Source: a bacterium (lineage in GTDB: Archaea > Thermoplasmatota > E2 > JACPAO01 > JAHFTW01). Taken from it: 64,000 nt of DNA. Position 1 is the first letter of the stretch, and the number at the start of each line of letters is the position of its first letter. Location of the stretch: the NCBI GenBank assembly GCA_040390065.1, contig JAZJZE010000009.1, positions 544,713 to 608,712 on the forward strand, in the 5' to 3' direction. The notes beneath the pieces are model-generated. The model did no database searches, was not told the DNA's origin, and saw only the letters and a list, made by a program, of their open reading frames with translations. Of the stretch, positions 58,011 through 64,000 are shown one piece after another. Position numbers and translations under genes: made by a program.

Positions 58011-59057
58011 TCACTTCCCCGCCAAGTTCTCCAATTCCATGCCGTTGACGGCGCCGAACCACTTGCGCGTCACTTCCCAGTACCACCACGCATCGAGGAC
58101 CTCGAATTGCGTGTGGCCGCCCCAGGGCACGATGAGTGTCTGGATGTTGGGCTTGCCTTCGGCGTAGCGCTCCATGCGGCGGGCGTGGCGAACGGGGACG
58201 ATGGGGTCGTCCATGGCGTGCACGAGGAGTGTTGGCTGCTGGATCATGGGGACCTTCCATTTCGGGTTGGCAAGGTCGTACAACTCCTCGACGGAGGCAA
58301 GGCCGTTGACTCGGGCCGCGTCCTCGAGGAACTCGTCGTAGCGCTCGTACGCGCCGCTGGACTTCATGAGAAGGAGGCGCCGGAAACCACCCCAGGCCTG
58401 GCGAAAGGGGTGCCCCTTTGGCGGCTTCTCGCTGATGTGGCGCACGGCGTCGCGGGCGTCGACGAAGGCGCTGAAGCAGACGGTGCCCCCGGTGAGGATG
58501 TTGGCCCCCGAGCGCGAGTCGTGCGCCAAGGCATTGAGGGCCGCGGCCCCGCCCAGGGACTCGGACAGGACGGCCACGCGCTTGACGCCTGTCTCCTGCA
58601 TGAGGAACTTCGCCGCGCCGTGCACGTCCAGCGCTTCCTTCCATCCCGCGGTGGCGATGCCCGTCGATTCCCCGAAGGCGCGCAGATCGATGGCGAGGAC
58701 AGGCACGCGCCAGTGGCGATGAATGAGGATGGCTTGCCGTTTGTGCACGGTGTCGTCCTTTGTCGCAAACATTCCCGGGACGAGCACGATTCCCCACGGG
58801 CTCGGGCTGGTGCGGTGCTGCGGGCCCAGCCAACCAGCCAGTTGCACGCCGTCCTCGGCGCGAAACGCCACGTGCCGGAACGGTTTCGGGTACGGGTTCA
58901 GGCGCGCCAGGACGCCGGCGACATTGTGGCGCACGTGCGTGATGAAGTCCGCCACGCGGACCGCGCGCAGCCACGCGCCGCGCATCGTGTGGTACGCGGG
59001 CCGTTGCGGCAACGCCTCAAGTTCAGCCCGCAGCGCCGGCCAACGCGCATCGTCCAA
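58011..59057 (-). CDS. Alpha/beta-fold hydrolase (YheT-like)
   Basis: AIDLRAFGES, SESLGG, HAMDDPIV and GGH motifs; start uncertain. Confidence 0.85.
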   Translation of the reverse strand: MDDARWPALRAELEALPQRPAYHTMRGAWLRAVRVADFITHVRHNVAGVLARLNPYPKPFRHVAFRAEDGVQLAGWLGPQHRTSPSPWGIVLVPGMFATKDDTVHKRQAILIHRHWRVPVLAIDLRAFGESTGIATAGWKEALDVHGAAKFLMQETGVKRVAVLSESLGGAAALNALAHDSRSGANILTGGTVCFSAFVDARDAVRHISEKPPKGHPFRQAWGGFRRLLLMKSSGAYERYDEFLEDAARVNGLASVEELYDLANPKWKVPMIQQPTLLVHAMDDPIVPVRHARRMERYAEGKPNIQTLIVPWGGHTQFEVLDAWWYWEVTRKWFGAVNGMELENLAGK

Positions 59058-59097
59058 CGGCCCTGGACGGTCGTCTGCGAGGATGAGCCTTGCGACA

Positions 59098-59712
59098 TCA
59101 CGGCAGCGGGGAGCGCAGGGCGATGTGGATGGCGGCGTCGGTGTGCCGCGAGCCGCTGACGGGCGACCCCGGCGTCGTCGCCTGCTCGGGCACCAGGCTG
59201 ACAGGTCGACCCGGCTGGCTGCGGCGCAGGGCTGCCACGAGCTCGCGTCCTTGGTCGGGAAATCCGTCGCCCACGTGGATGGACCAACGCTCGGCCACAA
59301 GCCCATCGGCCCATGCGGCAAGGCGGCCGACGGCCTGCGCGACGGAGAGCGCCTGACCCACCAGGAGCCAGTGTCCGTCGGCCACGACTGCCAAGCCGAT
59401 CACCTTGCCGGGGTCGACGCCGAACGTGACCGAGCGGTAGCCAGGCCGGCCGTCGTGGCGGTCGAGGTGCGTGAACAAGGCGAGGAGCGTCGTCTCGTGG
59501 TCATCGTGCAGGGCCACGCTGCGCGGGTCATCCGCGGGGCCGCCGAGGAGTGCCCGGACCGAGGGCGGTACGGGTTCGCCTGGGCGCAGGCCCAGGACGG
59601 GCATGCCATGCGATTCGAGGAACGGCACCAGGCGGTGGTACAAGGCGAAGTCCTGCGTCACCAATCCCACGGGGAGGTTGCGCCGTTCGCCCTTGTGGCC
59701 CGTCACGGCCAC
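59098..59712 (-). CDS. RNase H-fold (YqgF/RuvC-like) archaeal protein
   Basis: FGVDPGKVIGLAVVADG...HVGDG...VPEQATT...DAAIHIALR. Confidence 0.75.
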   Translation of the reverse strand: MAVTGHKGERRNLPVGLVTQDFALYHRLVPFLESHGMPVLGLRPGEPVPPSVRALLGGPADDPRSVALHDDHETTLLALFTHLDRHDGRPGYRSVTFGVDPGKVIGLAVVADGHWLLVGQALSVAQAVGRLAAWADGLVAERWSIHVGDGFPDQGRELVAALRRSQPGRPVSLVPEQATTPGSPVSGSRHTDAAIHIALRSPLP

Positions 59713-59756
59713 GGCCAACGCCTGCGGGGGTTTGAACGCCGCGCCATGGGCGTCTG

Positions 59757-60024
59757 GAGGCTGTTTCACAACTTCCAGGAGGCCTGCGCGTGCCGGTTTG
59801 CAAGGAGTGCTAGGAAGTTGAGCCGACCGCGTGGCAGCGCCACGCCGAGGCTCAAGTGACGCCGCAATCCGCCGCAACGCGGCGCGCCCTCCGGGTCGCT
59901 TTCCGGCCGCACACTCCTGGCGCAGGCGGCCTTGGCGGGCTGCCGGCCCGCCGGCGGCCGCCCTCGCCAGGATTGCGAAGGCCGGAAAACGACGCAGGCG
60001 CCCTGGCAGTTGTGAAACAGCCTC
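59757..60024 (+). mobile_element. MITE family A, copy 2 (268 bp)
   Basis: GAGGCTGTTTCACAAC...GTTGTGAAACAGCCTC perfect 16-bp terminal IR; same length as copy 1. Confidence 0.9.
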
Positions 60025-60875
60025 TAGATACAGGGACCCGGGGCCTTGGTGGCGAGGACGGCTCCGCTCCCCGCATCGATGAGGATGGCCAACTGCTCGT
60101 CGCCGCAGTGCGTCCCGTGCACGGTGACGATGCGCACGTCCCATGCCAGGCTTTCCTGCGCGATGGCCGAGAGTTGCTTGACCGGCCGGATGTCGTCGAT
60201 GGGCAGGTCGGAGCACTGGGCGTACTGCCTCGCAATGTCGACGGCTTGCGTCATGTTGAGCACGGGCTTGGCGCCGAGACGATACGCGACGGGCAGTTGG
60301 ATCTCGGTGACCCAGCCGCCGCCCTCGCCGGGTTGGACGTAGGCGTTGTACGTCACGAGCGGCGGTGCCGTATCGTTGTTGGCCGGCCGGATGTAGAAGG
60401 CGATCCCCTCGGCATCGAATGGCAGGACGCCTTGGCGCACGGGCCCCAGGTCGGCCTCCGTGAAGCCGAGCCCGAGAGAGAAGCTGCGCAACTTGGCCGC
60501 AATCTCGGCGGCATTGCGCGAAGGCCAAGCCGAGCCGAACATGATCTTCCAGAAGTAGGCGTCCACCGCCACGTCGGCGGAGGCGTTGCCGGGACCGTAG
60601 TACCGGTCGACGGCTCGCAGCCCGGTCAGCAAGTGCACGCGGCGGATCAATTCGCTGTGGTTGAAGCGCGACGGCCCGAGGAGCAACGCGTTGTGGCTCG
60701 GCAGCGCCGCCGGGTTCGGGTCGCATGCGAGTGGCTTCCATGTAGGCCACGTGCGCGGCGGGTCTGGGAGGATGATGTCCGGGGCCGTCGTCGCCGTCGC
60801 CGACTGGTCTGCCGCCTGCATACAGCCCGCAAACAACGTTCCGAGGACGAGGCCCGCGACCAGGACGCCACGCAC
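60024..60875 (-). CDS. Hypothetical lipoprotein
   Basis: Lipobox FAGC; PepSY-like C-terminus (QAVDIA...ILIDAGSGAVL). Confidence 0.72.
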   Translation of the reverse strand: MRGVLVAGLVLGTLFAGCMQAADQSATATTAPDIILPDPPRTWPTWKPLACDPNPAALPSHNALLLGPSRFNHSELIRRVHLLTGLRAVDRYYGPGNASADVAVDAYFWKIMFGSAWPSRNAAEIAAKLRSFSLGLGFTEADLGPVRQGVLPFDAEGIAFYIRPANNDTAPPLVTYNAYVQPGEGGGWVTEIQLPVAYRLGAKPVLNMTQAVDIARQYAQCSDLPIDDIRPVKQLSAIAQESLAWDVRIVTVHGTHCGDEQLAILIDAGSGAVLATKAPGPCI

Positions 60876-60899
60876 GCATGCCCACCGGGCGGGACCGAT

Positions 60900-61484
60900 T
60901 CAAGCCTTTAGGTGCTGCAAGTGGGCCGAGATCATGGCGGGCAGGGCCCCGAGGGCCGTGGACGTCTCCATGCTGATTCCCTTGCCGGTGATCTCCAGGT
61001 GCCGTGGCGCCGCGTCGAGCACCTCTTGCGGCAAGCCCCGCGGTCCCAGCCCAAAGAGCACCATCTGCGGTTCCCCTGCGGCGAGGAGCTTGGCAACCTC
61101 CAGCGGCGTGCAGGCCTTTTCCGGGTCGGGCTGCGGCGTCGCGGCGACGAGGCGGCCTAGGGCACGGGGACCGGCGTCGCGTTCCCCGCCAAACGGCAGG
61201 ATGTGCAGGCGGTTCGCCTCGACGATTGTCCGCACGTACTCTCCGCCTTCGCCAATGGATGTCCCCGACGCGACGAAATCTGCGACTTCGTGCGCCGTGC
61301 GCAACGCCTCCGACCGCATGGACCCGCGACGGCGTGCCTGCAAAAACGGGAAACCAAACGTGGCGACGTCCGCGTCGAACGCCAAGGCGACGGGGCCCGC
61401 GCGGGCAAGGGTGACGCGCATGATGTCGTACCACTGCTTCGGGTCGTAGCAGTTGTACAATCCGAGGGTCAGGCGTCCCGGCAC
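60900..61484 (-). CDS. DUF531 family protein (archaeal, SPOUT-like)
   Basis: LTLGLYNCYD...ARAGPV..AFD...TSIGEGGEY...GLGPRGLP...LEITGKGISMETSTA. Confidence 0.85.
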   Translation of the reverse strand: MPGRLTLGLYNCYDPKQWYDIMRVTLARAGPVALAFDADVATFGFPFLQARRRGSMRSEALRTAHEVADFVASGTSIGEGGEYVRTIVEANRLHILPFGGERDAGPRALGRLVAATPQPDPEKACTPLEVAKLLAAGEPQMVLFGLGPRGLPQEVLDAAPRHLEITGKGISMETSTALGALPAMISAHLQHLKA

Positions 61485-61558
61485 GTATGCGCACACGCGC
61501 CACGCCGCCTTGATGGTTGCCCCGTCGCCCTGAAATCCGTGGCGGGCTTGGCTTGGCC

Positions 61559-62203
61559 GTGGCCATCCCCCGTACGCAGGTGCGACGCATCCCGAAGCGC
61601 GGCGCCAACGACCGGGCCACGTTGGATGCGATCCTCGACGAGGGCATCGTCTGCCACGTGGGCTTCGTCGAGGGCGCGTCGCCGGTCGTCATCCCCACCG
61701 GCTACGTGCGCGACGGCGACCGCCTGCTCCTGCACGGCTCGACCGCCAGCCGCCTGATGCAGCACTTGGCCGCCGGCAAGGAGGTGTGCATCACGGTGAC
61801 CCTGCTCGACGCCGTGGTCCTTGCGCGTTCCGCCTTCCATCATTCCATGAACTACCGCAGTGCCGTCCTCTTCGGCAAGGCGCGACGCCTCCCCGACGAA
61901 ACCAAGAACGACGTGCTGGCCGTCTACGTCGAGCGGCTGCTTCCAGGGCGGTGGGACACGATCCGACTTCCCAACGCCAAGGAACTCTCCGGCACCGTCG
62001 TGGTCGAGTTCCCCATCGACGAGTTCTCGTGCAAGAGCCGCACGGGGCCGCCCGGCGACGAGCCCGAGGACATGGACTTCCCCGTGTGGGCTGGCATCGT
62101 GCCCGTCCCCACCGTCGTGCAGCCGGCGACGCAGGACCCGCAGCAGAAGGCGATGCCGACGCCGCCGACGGTCGCGGCGTGGCGACCCAATCACAGGAAG
62201 TAG
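61559..62203 (+). CDS. Pyridoxamine 5'-phosphate oxidase-like (NimA-type) flavin-binding protein
   Basis: ILDEGIVCHVG...PVVIPT...LHGS..SRL...HHSMNYRSAV. Confidence 0.9.
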   Translation: MAIPRTQVRRIPKRGANDRATLDAILDEGIVCHVGFVEGASPVVIPTGYVRDGDRLLLHGSTASRLMQHLAAGKEVCITVTLLDAVVLARSAFHHSMNYRSAVLFGKARRLPDETKNDVLAVYVERLLPGRWDTIRLPNAKELSGTVVVEFPIDEFSCKSRTGPPGDEPEDMDFPVWAGIVPVPTVVQPATQDPQQKAMPTPPTVAAWRPNHRK

Positions 62204-62243
62204 CGCCGCCAATCTCATGAGGCGGCGGCCACATCGCCGCGCA

Positions 62244-63464
62244 ATGGGCATCCCCGCCCCGCGCATCGACTCGCCGTACGTCTCCGACCGCGTGCAGCAC
62301 TTCCCCGAATCAGTCATCCGCAGCATGAGCCGCGTCGCCGCGCAGTACAAGGCCGTCAACCTCGGCCAGGGCTTCCCCGACTTCGACCCGCCGCGCGAGG
62401 TCATGGATGCAGCGAAGAAGGCCATCGACGACGGATTCAACCAGTACGCCGTCACATGGGGCGCACCGACGCTCCGCGAAGCCCTGAGCCGGAAACTCAA
62501 GTCGTTCAACCGCATCGACGCCGCGCCGGACGAGAACATCGTCGTGACCTGCGGCGCGACCGAAGCCATGATGGCCGCAATGCTTGCGACCGTCAATCCC
62601 GGCGACAAGGTAGTCCTGTTCGAGCCGTACTACGAGAACTTCGGGCCGGACGCCGTCGTGGCGGGAGCCAAGCCCGTCTTCGTGCCGCTCGGCGAGCCTG
62701 AGTTCCAGCCCGACCAGGAAGCGATGAAGAAGGCGTTTGCGGCGAAGCCAAAGGCCGTCGTCGTCAACACGCCGGGCAATCCCACGGGCCGCATCTTCAC
62801 GGACAAGACGCTGCGCCTCGTCGCGGACTTGTGCACCGACCACGATGTCCTTGCCATGACGGACGAGATCTACGAGCACATGGTCTACGACGGCAAGCAC
62901 CACACGAGCCTCGCCACCGTCGGCTCGATGCATGAACGCACGGTGACGATTGGCGGCTTCAGCAAGACGTATTCGGTGACGGGCTGGCGTCTTGCCTACA
63001 CGGCCGCGCCGAAGCCGATCACGGATGCCATCAAACGGGTGCATGATTTCCTCACCGTCGGCGCGCCACATCCGTTGCAGATCGCGGCCGTGACGGCGCT
63101 GGGCCTGCCGCCGTCGTACTACACGTCGCTGCGCGAGACGTACCAAGCCAAGCGCGACATGCTGCTGGCAGCCCTCACGTCCGCCGGCTTCCGCTGCATC
63201 CGGCCGGACGGCGCGTATTACATCCTGGCGGACTGGACGTCGGTCGTCGACGAACGCAGTTTCACGGATGACACGGCGTTTGCCATGTGGCTGACGAAAG
63301 AGGTCGGCGTCGCCTGCGTCCCCGGTTCGAGCTTCTTCGCCGAGGCCGGAAAGGGACGGCACCTCGTCCGCTTCGCCTACCCGAAGAAGGAGGAAACGCT
63401 GCGCGAGGCCGCCAAACGGCTTGCCCTCACACGCGAGAAGGGCCTGGCGGTCGCGGCCCGGTAG
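62244..63464 (+). CDS. PLP-dependent class I/II aminotransferase
   Basis: NLGQGFPDF, NTPGNPTG, DEIYE and SKTYSVTGWR motifs. Confidence 0.95.
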   Translation: MGIPAPRIDSPYVSDRVQHFPESVIRSMSRVAAQYKAVNLGQGFPDFDPPREVMDAAKKAIDDGFNQYAVTWGAPTLREALSRKLKSFNRIDAAPDENIVVTCGATEAMMAAMLATVNPGDKVVLFEPYYENFGPDAVVAGAKPVFVPLGEPEFQPDQEAMKKAFAAKPKAVVVNTPGNPTGRIFTDKTLRLVADLCTDHDVLAMTDEIYEHMVYDGKHHTSLATVGSMHERTVTIGGFSKTYSVTGWRLAYTAAPKPITDAIKRVHDFLTVGAPHPLQIAAVTALGLPPSYYTSLRETYQAKRDMLLAALTSAGFRCIRPDGAYYILADWTSVVDERSFTDDTAFAMWLTKEVGVACVPGSSFFAEAGKGRHLVRFAYPKKEETLREAAKRLALTREKGLAVAAR

Positions 63465-63497
63465 GCTTGTGAAGACGGTGCGGCCTTCGCGCAGCCG

Positions 63498-63812
63498 ATG
63501 GTGAACCTCGGCCCGTTCTTCCCGGAAGGCACGCCGACCCTCACGTGGGAGTGGGACAATCCGCTTGCGTACTTCAACCTCGGCGGGCTCATCCTGAGCA
63601 TCTTGCTCCTCCGTTCGCTGTCGGCTCGCCGCGACGACTCAGGCCTGGCCAATGGCGGCTGGATGGCGTCCCTCGTCTTCGCCATCGGCACGGGACTTCA
63701 CTTCATCGGCGACGTGATTGGCGTGGCCGAGGCGTGGGACCACCAGTTCATCCACCTCGTCGTCCTGGTGGCACTGCTGGCGTTCTTCTGGAAAGCCCGC
63801 AACGTGGACTAG
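63498..63812 (+). CDS. Small membrane protein
   Basis: Three TM segments with His residues. Confidence 0.7.
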   Translation: MVNLGPFFPEGTPTLTWEWDNPLAYFNLGGLILSILLLRSLSARRDDSGLANGGWMASLVFAIGTGLHFIGDVIGVAEAWDHQFIHLVVLVALLAFFWKARNVD

Positions 63813-64000
63813 GGGTCATTGCATCACCTCCAGGAGGCCTGCGCGCGCCGGTTTGCAAGGAGGGCTAGGAGGATTCGCCGACGGCGTGGCAGCGCCGCGC
63901 TGAGGCGGATCCGACGACGCCGTCCGCCGCAAAGCGGCGCGCCCTTGCGGGTCGTTTTCCGGCCACACAATCTTGGCGGCGCCGGCCTTGGCGGGCTGCC
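63812..64000 (+). mobile_element. MITE family A, copy 3 (degenerate left end, truncated by window edge)
   Basis: CCAGGAGGCCTGCGCGCGCCGGTTTGCAAGGAGGGCTAGGAGG... is colinear with copy 2. Confidence 0.85.

Overview
High-GC archaeal chromosome segment, most likely an uncultured Thermoplasmatota-like lineage (inferred from the gene set). It carries aIF5A, ksgA, a fused NADP phosphatase/NAD kinase, TFS, the conserved PCNA-PriL-PriS-GINS-L44e-S27e-aIF2alpha-Nop10 cluster, aspS, a ubiB-like kinase, a heme-copper oxidase (coxB divergent from coxAC), ferredoxin, pfdB, trmI, pyrC, class II lysS, a DEAD-box helicase and many lipoproteins. The standout is a free-standing ~810-nt non-coding region (~30744-31556, + strand). 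It has a TATA-like promoter, a 16-bp 5'/3' closing stem, at least 17 hairpins capped by GCAA/GAAA/UUCG tetraloops all on one strand, and a pyrimidine-tract terminator. It is a candidate large structured ncRNA lacking RNase P, SRP and intron signatures. Other non-coding structure: a 268-bp MITE (3 copies), a ~400-bp structured dispersed repeat (2 copies), 9-nt triplet hairpin repeats, duplicated gene 3' ends flanking palindromic inserts, and a sharp strand-composition switch around a tandem repeat at ~47.2-47.4 kb (origin-like). Start codons were chosen by eye and some are uncertain; no database searches were run.
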